64,000 nucleotides of DNA from a candidate division WOR-3 bacterium (GTDB lineage Bacteria; Hydrothermota; Tepidihabitantia; Tepidihabitantales; Tepidihabitantaceae), in contig CBFGKH010000001.1 in assembly GCA_965649295.1 (NCBI GenBank), forward strand, positions 288,001 to 352,000, written 5' to 3'. How positions within the stretch are numbered: position 1 is the first letter of the stretch; every line of letters starts with the position of its first letter. The position numbers and the translations under genes were made by a program. The notes below the pieces were generated by a model. It was not told the origin of the DNA. It ran no database searches and saw nothing but the letters and a program-made list of their open reading frames with translations. This document shows positions 38,731-47,217 of the stretch, piece by piece.

Positions 38731-39855
38731 CTACTTCTTCTTTGCTATCCTTGCCCGCGCTCCGGCCAGGGCCGGTTCGAGAAGTGAGAAGTCGTAGGAC
38801 ATGGCCTCAAACTCCGGCCGCGTCTTATCCTTGAGCGCGTTCGTAATCTTGCCCAGCCCGACCATTTCCTGATACCAGGTCCACATTCCATCCCGGAACG
38901 CAGCATCCGGCTCCATCGAGTAACCTGAGGTAGCCATCGAAACCATCTCAACTTGCGGCGTCGTGCCAATCCATTGCGCAACATAGTTTGCTGCCTGCTC
39001 ACGATTGGTATTGATGTAGTGCGTGGCAACCGCCATCAGTTCGAGGAACTTCTGAATCTGCGGCCCCAGCTTGGCAACCGCCGCCGTATTGGCAGCAATC
39101 GCGCAGCAAGGATGGTCCTTGAACATCCCGGGCGGCAGGTCGTGCAGCTCGGCCACGCAGCGACCGATCCCTTTCGATTCTGCCACCGCACACCAAGGGT
39201 TGTTCGACACATAGGCGTCAATCTGATTGGACTGGATGCCAGCGTTGAGATTCGCCTCATCCTTCATATTCACCATCAATATCTCGGCCTTAGTGTCAGC
39301 TACGTCGCTGGTGAACGAGATGCCCTCTTCCTGTAGTGCCCGCTTGAAGATTAGCTCGGCGACCGCCACCGGATTTTTGAAACCGACGCGAATCTGGGTC
39401 GGTTCGCGCTTCACCCAGTCAATGAAATCCCGCCACGAGTTCACCTCGACGCCGTTCTTCACCACCAGCATATCGCCTTTGGCGTGGAGCGGCGCGATAA
39501 TCTTCATCGGCGAGCCTTTGTCCACGAAGAACTCGATAGCCGCGACTCCGCCGAACCCGACATCAAACGCGCCCTGACTCATCATCGTCGGCATCTCGGC
39601 CCCGCCGCCAGCCTTGTACAACTCGATTTCGGCCACGGCCTTCTTGCCGTCCCGCAGCTCATAGAGCTCTTTGGGGCGCAGCTCCTTGAGCCAGATGCCG
39701 TACTCTTTCTGGAACTTCTCACCGGCCAGCGCTGCGACATACAACGCTGAGTGATGGTCGTGGCCAACATGGCCGACCCGCACAACCGGCAGCTTGGCTG
39801 CCAGCATCGCACTTGCGAACGCCAGCAGCAGTAGCATCGTCACTATCCTCTTCAT
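38731..39855 (-). CDS. ABC transporter substrate-binding protein (SsuA/NMT1-like) with HDHH and HPCC motifs
   Basis: Signal peptide, GHVGHDHHSAL, DHPCC. Confidence 0.85.
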   Translation of the reverse strand: MKRIVTMLLLLAFASAMLAAKLPVVRVGHVGHDHHSALYVAALAGEKFQKEYGIWLKELRPKELYELRDGKKAVAEIELYKAGGGAEMPTMMSQGAFDVGFGGVAAIEFFVDKGSPMKIIAPLHAKGDMLVVKNGVEVNSWRDFIDWVKREPTQIRVGFKNPVAVAELIFKRALQEEGISFTSDVADTKAEILMVNMKDEANLNAGIQSNQIDAYVSNNPWCAVAESKGIGRCVAELHDLPPGMFKDHPCCAIAANTAAVAKLGPQIQKFLELMAVATHYINTNREQAANYVAQWIGTTPQVEMVSMATSGYSMEPDAAFRDGMWTWYQEMVGLGKITNALKDKTRPEFEAMSYDFSLLEPALAGARARIAKKK

Positions 39856-40011
39856 CTCCCACTCCTCTTGCCATTTGCCGTTATACTGCCAAGGCAGCAA
39901 CTCTACGCTTGCTGCTCTTTTCGGCTCCGAGCCAGTCGCTCTCCGTCTCTTAGGCGACCGTCCTACCGCGGGTTCAGGACTCCTTTGCCAGACTCAGGAT
40001 GCCCCTGCTGC

Positions 40012-40803
40012 TCATTTCTCCGCTTCGTACCAACCGCGGCCAACCTGATGCCGATGGGCCGCGTCGCGCCAGAGATTGACCAGCCCTTCAGCAAAAGCAT
40101 AAAGCTCGTTACCGAAGTTCTTGATGATGCTCGGCTTCAGCTCGACCTCAACCTTGTGTTTGTACTCGTCAAAACACTTCGCAAACTCGTGGGTCTGGTC
40201 CTGCACGACGATATTCTTGAACCCGGCCGCCTTCAGCACATCGGCCCAGCCGTTCAAGGTCTCCATATATGGAAACGCCATCGACTCATACAGCTTGGCC
40301 AGAAGCGGCTCATCAATCTCGCCGGTGATAACCCAGTCAGTGAAGATGATTTTGCCGCCCGGCTTCAGCACTCGATAGGCCTCGCGGGCCAGCTCATCCT
40401 TGTTCGTGACATAACACCAAGCTTCCTGGCCCCAGACTACATCAAAGGTCTCCTTCTTGAACGGCATGTCCATCGCGTTCCCCTCGACAAAAGTCACCAA
40501 ACTCTCAAGGCCGGCTTCCCGGGTTCGCTGCCGCGCCTTTTCGAGCATCGTCTTGGTGAAGTCAAGGCCGGTTACGCGTACGCCATAGGTCTTGGCCAGC
40601 ACGCGTGCCGGTGCGCCGAGCGCCGAACAGACATCGAGGACATGCATGCCCGGCTTCAGGCCCACTGCCTTGGCCATGCGGTGGGTGATTTCGTCACCGC
40701 CGGAATGAATCTGCTCTGACATCACGGCTTCCCAGAGCAAGCCACCCGGCCCATCATAGACATCCTGAACATCCTTACCGGTGTAGTCGTAACGCTTCTG
40801 CAT
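40012..40803 (-). CDS. Class I SAM-dependent methyltransferase (sarcosine/dimethylglycine N-methyltransferase-like)
   Basis: QIHSGG, VLDVCSALG, FDVVWGQEAWC, RVLKPGG; AGGAGG RBS. Confidence 0.88.
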   Translation of the reverse strand: MQKRYDYTGKDVQDVYDGPGGLLWEAVMSEQIHSGGDEITHRMAKAVGLKPGMHVLDVCSALGAPARVLAKTYGVRVTGLDFTKTMLEKARQRTREAGLESLVTFVEGNAMDMPFKKETFDVVWGQEAWCYVTNKDELAREAYRVLKPGGKIIFTDWVITGEIDEPLLAKLYESMAFPYMETLNGWADVLKAAGFKNIVVQDQTHEFAKCFDEYKHKVEVELKPSIIKNFGNELYAFAEGLVNLWRDAAHRHQVGRGWYEAEK

Positions 40804-41124
40804 TATGCCTCCTTTTGGCAGGGTAAGTCCGCAACCACCGAGCCACTGGCTCGACCTGATTGCCGACAGTTGTAGTTTATAGAATCACCAGCCGGCAGCC
40901 CGCCGGCGCCGCATGAAAACCTCACCGCTGCCTCGGGTCTGCTGCTTGCTGGTGCTGAAAATTGGTGAGTTTTGCTTGGTATGGAGAGTTCGGAACTGCC
41001 AATTCATCAATCGGCAGTCTCAGTTGGCACATCGGTCGGCAGGGCGCCCGGCCCTGACAAAGGCCACCAGTCACGGCACACGCCTCCGGCCGCGGCCAAA
41101 CAGCACACTCACCGTCACGCACCC

Positions 41125-41152
41125 ATCATAGCCACCCCCCAGTAGCTGTCAA
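41125..41152 (-). promoter_or_regulatory. Sigma70-type promoter upstream of the methyltransferase/ABC operon
   Basis: TTGACA-N16-TATGAT. Confidence 0.6.
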
Positions 41153-41713
41153 TGCCGGTCAGCAACGCCCTGCTGCCGACCCCAGACCAGCAAGAGATGA
41201 CCTTCATCTCACGGGAGAAAACAATAGCAGAATGTGTACTTCAAGATACACAGCCGTCCGGAGGGGGGACTTGGTCGCAAGTTACAGCTAGTCCGAATCT
41301 TAACCATCTGGGCCGCTTTCTATCACCCCATCCCCCGGACTGTCCCGGGAATGGTCTCCAAAACTGGTTGCAAGTGTGCTCCCCAAGCTTCTGCCATCAC
41401 TGTCCTAGTACGAGTTCTGGGTTGGGTCAGGCAAGTCCCTCTGGCTGCTCCTTGCGAGAAGGCTCGTGCAACCCCTCGAGTTTAGGTCTGTTGTTGGGTG
41501 CCCTGACTTCTGCCAGTTTGGGTCGCCGAACCAGCCCGACGACCCCTCTCGGCCCGAGCGCGAAACCCCGCTTGCTGTTCTGTCCTCGCCTACGTTACTG
41601 GATTGGCCTCATCCTATCGCCCTGTTGTTGCCGGTCAGCAGCCGGCTTGACTCCCGAAACAGACCGGGCTAGACTGCGCTTCAGGCTGCCGAAACCGACC
41701 AAGGACAAGCGCG

Positions 41714-43339
41714 ATGAGCGACATACTCGATTTCTTTATCAAACAGTTCGAGGCCCAGTCCTGTCAGCCGGCTGGCTCGGCTGATTACTGCCGGCCCCGG
41801 CCCTATCGCAACGCAGCGGTTCGTTTCCGTCCCTGCTCAATTGGTGACTATGCCGAGCGGCGCGAACTACTAGCACAGGCTGGACTCAATCCCTTTCTCT
41901 TTCCTGCTCACAAGATTCCCGGCTGTGACCTGCTCTCGGATTCCGGGACCACGACGATGACAATGGAGCAGTGGTCCCAACTGCTGCTCGGCGACGAAGC
42001 TTACGGTTCAAACGAAGGCTACTACGAGCTGCGGGCAACATTCGCCGCTGTTTTCGGGCCGGATTGGATTGATGAAAACCCGCACCGGGACAACTTTTTC
42101 ATCTTCCATCAGGGCCGGGCTGCTGAGCATGCCCTGGCCACGGTCTTTGCTACCGAACTGCTGCCACAAATTGACGCAGCCCGGGCGAAGGCACAGGTTT
42201 CCCGTCTCGACGCGGACCTGCGCAACCGTGTTAGTAAGAAAATCAACCGCCCTGACCGCCCGTTCCTGATAGTCCCGAGCAACTCCCACTTTGATACTAC
42301 TGAGGGCAACTTTGCCGCGGCCAACATCGTGCCTCTGAATCTGCCCTGCCGCGAACACCGCGAGAAAGACACCCACTTCGGTTTCCGCGGCAATATGGAC
42401 ACCGCTGCTCTCACCGAATTGCTCAACAAATGCCGCGAGCTGGTACCGCTCGTCTATCTGACAATCACCAACAACACTGCCGGCGGCCAGCCGGTCTCGC
42501 TGGCCAACATCCGGCTCGTGCGCGAGCTGTGCGACCGCTACGACCTGCCCCTCTTTTTTGATGCCTGTCGGTTTGCTGAGAACAGCTGGTTCATCAAGAA
42601 ACGCGAGCCCGGTTATGCCGAGCAACCGATTCCGGCCATTGTTCACGAAATCTTCCGCTACGGTGACGGCTTCCATATCAGTCTGAAAAAGGACGGGCTG
42701 GCCAACATCGGCGGCGCGCTGGTGGTCAGACCCGACGGCCGCTTTGCCCGCCGTTTTCCCGAACTGCTCGAACGACTTACCGACCACCAGATAATGGTCG
42801 AGGGCCACCCGACCTATGGCGGGCTGGCGGGCCGCGACCTCAAGGCGATTGCCCAAGGCCTGCGCACCGTTCTGGACGAACGCTATCTCGGCTATCGGAT
42901 TGAACAGGTGGCCCGCTTCGGCGCGAAGCTGGTCGAAAAAGGCGTCCCTATCATCGAGCCGGTCGGCGGCAGCGCGGTCTATATTGACCTCGACGAGTTC
43001 TTCGCCGGTACCGACGTCCGCGACGACGAGTTCCGTGGCATCGCTTTCACCGCGCTGCTGCTTTTGGCCGGCCACCGCCTCTGCGAGCTTGGCACCTATG
43101 CCTTTGGTCAGTACCGCAACGGCCGGGAGATTGGCCCTGACCCGCGCGTCAACAATGTGCGGGCCGCAGTCCCCCGACTGACCTACGAAGACCAGGACCT
43201 CTGCTCTTGCGCTGCCGCGATTGGCGTACTGAAGGAATACCGCGAGCTGATTCCGCCGGTCGAAGTGGTCTATGGCCGCGAGCTGAGCCTGCGCCACTTC
43301 AAGAGCCGGTTCCGCTTCCGCGAGCGTCCCGGTCGCTAG
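41714..43339 (+). CDS. Tryptophanase/tyrosine phenol-lyase-family PLP beta-eliminating lyase
   Basis: DLLSDSGT, GDEAY, HQGRAAE, HFDTT, TNN..GGQPVS, DACRFAEN, SLKKDG, TYGGLAGRD; TTGACT-N17-TAGACT upstream. Confidence 0.88.
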   Translation: MSDILDFFIKQFEAQSCQPAGSADYCRPRPYRNAAVRFRPCSIGDYAERRELLAQAGLNPFLFPAHKIPGCDLLSDSGTTTMTMEQWSQLLLGDEAYGSNEGYYELRATFAAVFGPDWIDENPHRDNFFIFHQGRAAEHALATVFATELLPQIDAARAKAQVSRLDADLRNRVSKKINRPDRPFLIVPSNSHFDTTEGNFAAANIVPLNLPCREHREKDTHFGFRGNMDTAALTELLNKCRELVPLVYLTITNNTAGGQPVSLANIRLVRELCDRYDLPLFFDACRFAENSWFIKKREPGYAEQPIPAIVHEIFRYGDGFHISLKKDGLANIGGALVVRPDGRFARRFPELLERLTDHQIMVEGHPTYGGLAGRDLKAIAQGLRTVLDERYLGYRIEQVARFGAKLVEKGVPIIEPVGGSAVYIDLDEFFAGTDVRDDEFRGIAFTALLLLAGHRLCELGTYAFGQYRNGREIGPDPRVNNVRAAVPRLTYEDQDLCSCAAAIGVLKEYRELIPPVEVVYGRELSLRHFKSRFRFRERPGR

Positions 43340-46086
43340 TCAGTGCGGCGGCCGATCACCGTGACCGTGCCGGCCAGATAGTTCGCGCTGTACACCCGCC
43401 GCGCTCGGCCGTTCCAGAGTAAAGCTGTCGGGCCGGAGCCAACCGTCAGGGTGCGATTGATGGCATTGGTGATGCCGTCCACCACCACCACCGAGTTGCC
43501 GGCGTAATTGGCAACATAGACCTTGTTCGTATAGGTCGCCCAGACCACTGCGCGCGGTTGATTGCCGACAGTAATCGTCGTCGCCACCTGCCGCGTGTCG
43601 GTGTTGATAACGTCAAGCTTGCTGGCCACATTGGCGACCGAATAGACCTTGTTGTTCTGCGGATTGAACGCCAGCGCCCAGGGCCGCAACGAGACATTGA
43701 TTGTCGTGCTTGGCACATTCAGGCTGTCAATCACCGTCACCGTATTGCCGGTGCTGTTGGCGACATACATCGCCTTATGCTCATCGTCGGCCACAATTGC
43801 CACCGGCCCGCTGCCGACGCTAATCGTCTGCCGCACCGAATCAAGCTGACCGTCAATCACCGAGACATTGGCTGAGCCGTTGTTGGCAACATAGACCCAG
43901 CCCCGGTCCGGCCTTACGCACAAGGCAACCGGGTTAGCTCGCACCCGCACTGTCCGCAGCACCTGACCGGTGCTGCCGGCGATAATCGTCACTGTCGAGT
44001 CAGCCTTGTTCGCAACATAGACCTTGTTCCGGTCCGGGTGCCAGAGCACGGCGGTTGGCTGCTGTCCGACCGGAATCGTGCCCACCACCGTCATCGTCGC
44101 GCAGTCAATCACCGACAGGCTGTTCGAGTTCTGATTCGCAACATAAACCCGGCCATTGGCTCGGTTCCAGGCTGCTGCCACCGGCATCGCTCCGACCCGC
44201 AGACTGGCCACAACCTGATTAGTACTGCAACTGATAACCGTCACCGTGCCCGAATCAATACCGTTCACCACATACAGCCGGTTATTGGCCGAGTCGAGAG
44301 CAAGCGCCACTGGCGACTGCCCGGCATTGATACTGACCAGCACCGTGTCCGGATAGCCGGCATCGGTTGTCCGGAAAGCCGCGCTGCGACCGCTGACAAC
44401 CGGATGAGCAGCGCAGTAAGAACGCACCTCAACCATCGCCAGATTCGAGGCCGGCCCACTCACTGCCCACGAATAACGGCCGGCAGTGTAAGTGCGGCCC
44501 TGCCGGGTCCAGGTTCGGCCCGAATCCGCCGAGTAGTAGATGACAATCGAATCATAGCCGTCCACCCCTCCCCGCCAGACGATGTTCTGGGTCGAGCCGA
44601 CTGGCCAGACCGATGTCGCGGTGGGCGTGTCAACAACAATCGCATTCGGGCGCAGCGAGTCGTAGATAGTGAACGGTGCGCTGGTGCCGATCGCCGTATC
44701 GCCGGCGAAGAACTGCCGCACCTGCACCCTTGCCTGACTTGTCGTTGTCGGCCCCGGCACCTGCCAGAAGTACAAGCCGGGATTGGGCGCTACGCCGAGT
44801 CTTGTCCACGCCACGCCGTTATTGAGGGAAAGATAGACCACTGTCGAATCCGCAGCCAAGCTGGCAAGCGGCCGGCCACTCAAAACCTTCCTTCCCCATT
44901 CCCTAGCCTGCCCACTGTGAGCTATCCTCTCCTCGCCCGTCACCGGTCTCATCACCTTCGCGTCATCTCCCTGACCGTCGCTCCCCAGCCCAGCCATAAC
45001 CGTCCGCCGCTCACCAAACCGCCGGCTCATCACCGACCCACCATACCAGATAATCGTGTCCCACTGCCCAAACCGCCGCCGGGTCGCGGAATCTGGTGCC
45101 ATAATCGTAATCGGACTCATCGTCGAGAAAGTCCAGGTATCACTTGTTGACCGAGAGCCGAACTGGTCACTCGCTCGCACAAACCAGCGGTAGTCGGTGC
45201 CGTAGCTCAGTCGCGGCAGGGTGTAACTTGTTCCCAGCAGCCCGCCGGCAACAAGCGTAACCTGCCCCACCGGGCCAAAATAGAGTTCGTAGCGGACAGT
45301 ATCGCCCGGGTCAGGGTCACCACCTGACCAACGCAGGGTCTGCGTCAAGGCCAGCCCGGTGCTTCCCGATGCCGGACTTGGATTGTAGGGCGTTACCGGC
45401 GGATTGTTCGTCCGGGTTGAAAACGTCCAGGTGTCGCCAAAAGTTACGCCGCCGCGCTGGTCCCGCGCAATAACCTGCCAGTAATAGACGCTGTCCGGCC
45501 AGAGCCGGGGCAGCACATAACTCGACTCGCGACTGCCCAGACGCAACGGCAAGAGAGTGCGGCTGTTGCCAAAGTAAAGGTCATACCTTACCGTATCGAG
45601 CGAGTCCGGATCGCCACCGCGCCAGCTCAAAGTCTGCTGCAACCCCAGTCCGGCACTGCCCGAACTCGGCTGCGGGCTATAAGGCTGCCGGGGCGCAGTG
45701 TTGCGATGAATCGTCGTGAAAGTCCAAACCGGCCCGGCAGTAGTCTCGCCCCGACCATCGTGGGCCCGCACCTGCCAAGAGTAACGGGTCAAATACCTAA
45801 GCCCACTCGCAGGAAAGAACGTGTCCAACCGGCCCGAATCGGCAACAATCAGCGAATCCTCGCGACCGAGATATACGACATAACGAACCGTATCACCGGC
45901 ATCCGGGTCAGTAGCAGGCCGCCACACTAGTCGCAGCGCCGTGTCCTGACGAACTGCGCCCGATTCTGGCGCGACATAAACCGGCGCGGTTGGTGGTCGG
46001 TCCCCGGTCGGGTCATAGGGGTTGTTCCACTTGCGACAGACGAGCAGCGCCAGCAGAAAGAACAGGACGATAGCGGGCCTTCTCAC
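43336..46086 (-). CDS. Exported protein with FN3-like repeats, two Ig-like repeats and a YVTN/YncE beta-propeller
   Basis: Three 'P.P.SG...L.W...DPD.GD.V.Y...Y.W.V.A.D...W.F.T' repeats and multiple VYVAN blades; probable GTG start at 46086. Confidence 0.8.
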   Translation of the reverse strand: MRRPAIVLFFLLALLVCRKWNNPYDPTGDRPPTAPVYVAPESGAVRQDTALRLVWRPATDPDAGDTVRYVVYLGREDSLIVADSGRLDTFFPASGLRYLTRYSWQVRAHDGRGETTAGPVWTFTTIHRNTAPRQPYSPQPSSGSAGLGLQQTLSWRGGDPDSLDTVRYDLYFGNSRTLLPLRLGSRESSYVLPRLWPDSVYYWQVIARDQRGGVTFGDTWTFSTRTNNPPVTPYNPSPASGSTGLALTQTLRWSGGDPDPGDTVRYELYFGPVGQVTLVAGGLLGTSYTLPRLSYGTDYRWFVRASDQFGSRSTSDTWTFSTMSPITIMAPDSATRRRFGQWDTIIWYGGSVMSRRFGERRTVMAGLGSDGQGDDAKVMRPVTGEERIAHSGQAREWGRKVLSGRPLASLAADSTVVYLSLNNGVAWTRLGVAPNPGLYFWQVPGPTTTSQARVQVRQFFAGDTAIGTSAPFTIYDSLRPNAIVVDTPTATSVWPVGSTQNIVWRGGVDGYDSIVIYYSADSGRTWTRQGRTYTAGRYSWAVSGPASNLAMVEVRSYCAAHPVVSGRSAAFRTTDAGYPDTVLVSINAGQSPVALALDSANNRLYVVNGIDSGTVTVISCSTNQVVASLRVGAMPVAAAWNRANGRVYVANQNSNSLSVIDCATMTVVGTIPVGQQPTAVLWHPDRNKVYVANKADSTVTIIAGSTGQVLRTVRVRANPVALCVRPDRGWVYVANNGSANVSVIDGQLDSVRQTISVGSGPVAIVADDEHKAMYVANSTGNTVTVIDSLNVPSTTINVSLRPWALAFNPQNNKVYSVANVASKLDVINTDTRQVATTITVGNQPRAVVWATYTNKVYVANYAGNSVVVVDGITNAINRTLTVGSGPTALLWNGRARRVYSANYLAGTVTVIGRRTD

Positions 46087-46144
46087 CTTGTCATTCCCAG
46101 GGCTGCTCTTGCCCGCGGAATCGCCGAGAACGGCCCTGTCTTGA

Positions 46145-47164
46145 CTAGAAACGGAAGATGACATAAGAACCTGCCAAAACCACAGTTGCCGCAATCCCGA
46201 CATTGCGAATCATGTCCCAACGCTCGGTTGCCTGCCGGTACCGCAGCACCTCGGCCGGGTCCCGCGCTGCTCGGTATTGCGAGTATTGGCCCTCGCCCAG
46301 CACTGCTGCTGCGGTCGTGCCAGCCAGGGCCAGACCGCCCAGCCCCAGCAGAATCGGGCTGCGCTGCTTGATACGCTCCAAATCGGCCAGCACAAAAACA
46401 GTCTCGGCATACTGAACATCAGCATAGCCCACCCAGTCAAAATAGCCACGCCGCGCAACCGTCACCAGATAACGTTTCGGCGCCAGCTCGCAAAGTAGCG
46501 GTGTCACCCCCAGTTGTCGGTTCTCCACGATCACCTCGCCGCCGCTCGGCTGCGAACGGACCGACAAAAACCCCTTGCCCCAGCCGAGCCGAAAATTGAC
46601 CGCCACCGGCCCTGGCGACTTCAAATCAATCGTCTTCGTCACATCCTCATAACCGGCCAGCCGGGCAGTAATCACCCGCGTGCCATACTGAACCCGGGAA
46701 ATCACCAGCCCGCCTTCACCGGCCCGGCCCCGCGACTGACCGTCAACAAAAATCTCCGCGCCCACCGGGTCACTCGTCACCACAACCGTGCCGGTCTGCG
46801 TGCTGACGGTAAAGCTCGTGCTATACTCGCGATAGCCATCGCGGGTCAGCAGCAGTTCGTGCCGACCCAAACTGAGGTCCCCGAGTTCAAGCGGCGTCGT
46901 GCCCCGAACCCGACCATCAACCGTCACTGTCGCGCCACTCGGCTCCGAAGTTATGAACACGGTCGTTCCCGAAACGCTAACCTGACCAACAAGCCTTGGC
47001 CGCGCCGGCTGGCTTGGTTCCGGACTGACAAGCCTTGTGCCGCAGCTCTTACAAAACCGGGCCGCATCACTATTCTCAGTCCCGCAGTTCGGACACACCC
47101 TGACCGCCATTGCCAAACTGCACAACAACAACACCACCAGCAGCACTTTTCCACCCCGTCCCAT
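46145..47164 (-). CDS. Zinc-ribbon + PEGA-domain protein
   Basis: CPNCG...FCKSCG; three 'S.P.GA.V.VDG...G.TP' PEGA repeats. Confidence 0.87.
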   Translation of the reverse strand: MGRGGKVLLVVLLLCSLAMAVRVCPNCGTENSDAARFCKSCGTRLVSPEPSQPARPRLVGQVSVSGTTVFITSEPSGATVTVDGRVRGTTPLELGDLSLGRHELLLTRDGYREYSTSFTVSTQTGTVVVTSDPVGAEIFVDGQSRGRAGEGGLVISRVQYGTRVITARLAGYEDVTKTIDLKSPGPVAVNFRLGWGKGFLSVRSQPSGGEVIVENRQLGVTPLLCELAPKRYLVTVARRGYFDWVGYADVQYAETVFVLADLERIKQRSPILLGLGGLALAGTTAAAVLGEGQYSQYRAARDPAEVLRYRQATERWDMIRNVGIAATVVLAGSYVIFRF

Positions 47165-47217
47165 ACCGACTCCCCTTCGTAGCCTGATAACTAAGCCTGG
47201 CACCTGCTTGCAACTCC

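Noticed and set aside
40804..41000. Cobalamin or SAM riboswitch
   Set aside because: No AGGGAA/GCCACTG/B12-box or SAM-I core found, despite the suggestive gene context.
41058..41118. Possible Sec-containing leader peptide (GTG...CCG TGA)
   Set aside because: No redox motif and no hairpin like the two SECIS candidates; a second UGA follows shortly.
41152..41784. 210-aa ORF
   Set aside because: Ser/Pro/Cys-rich random composition, no RBS, and it overlaps the lyase promoter and start.
42008..43297. 429-aa antisense ORF and similar long shadow ORFs (e.g. 37022-38020, 44038-45150, 17429-18355)
   Set aside because: They lie opposite well-supported genes and are expected from GC-rich codon bias; no motifs.
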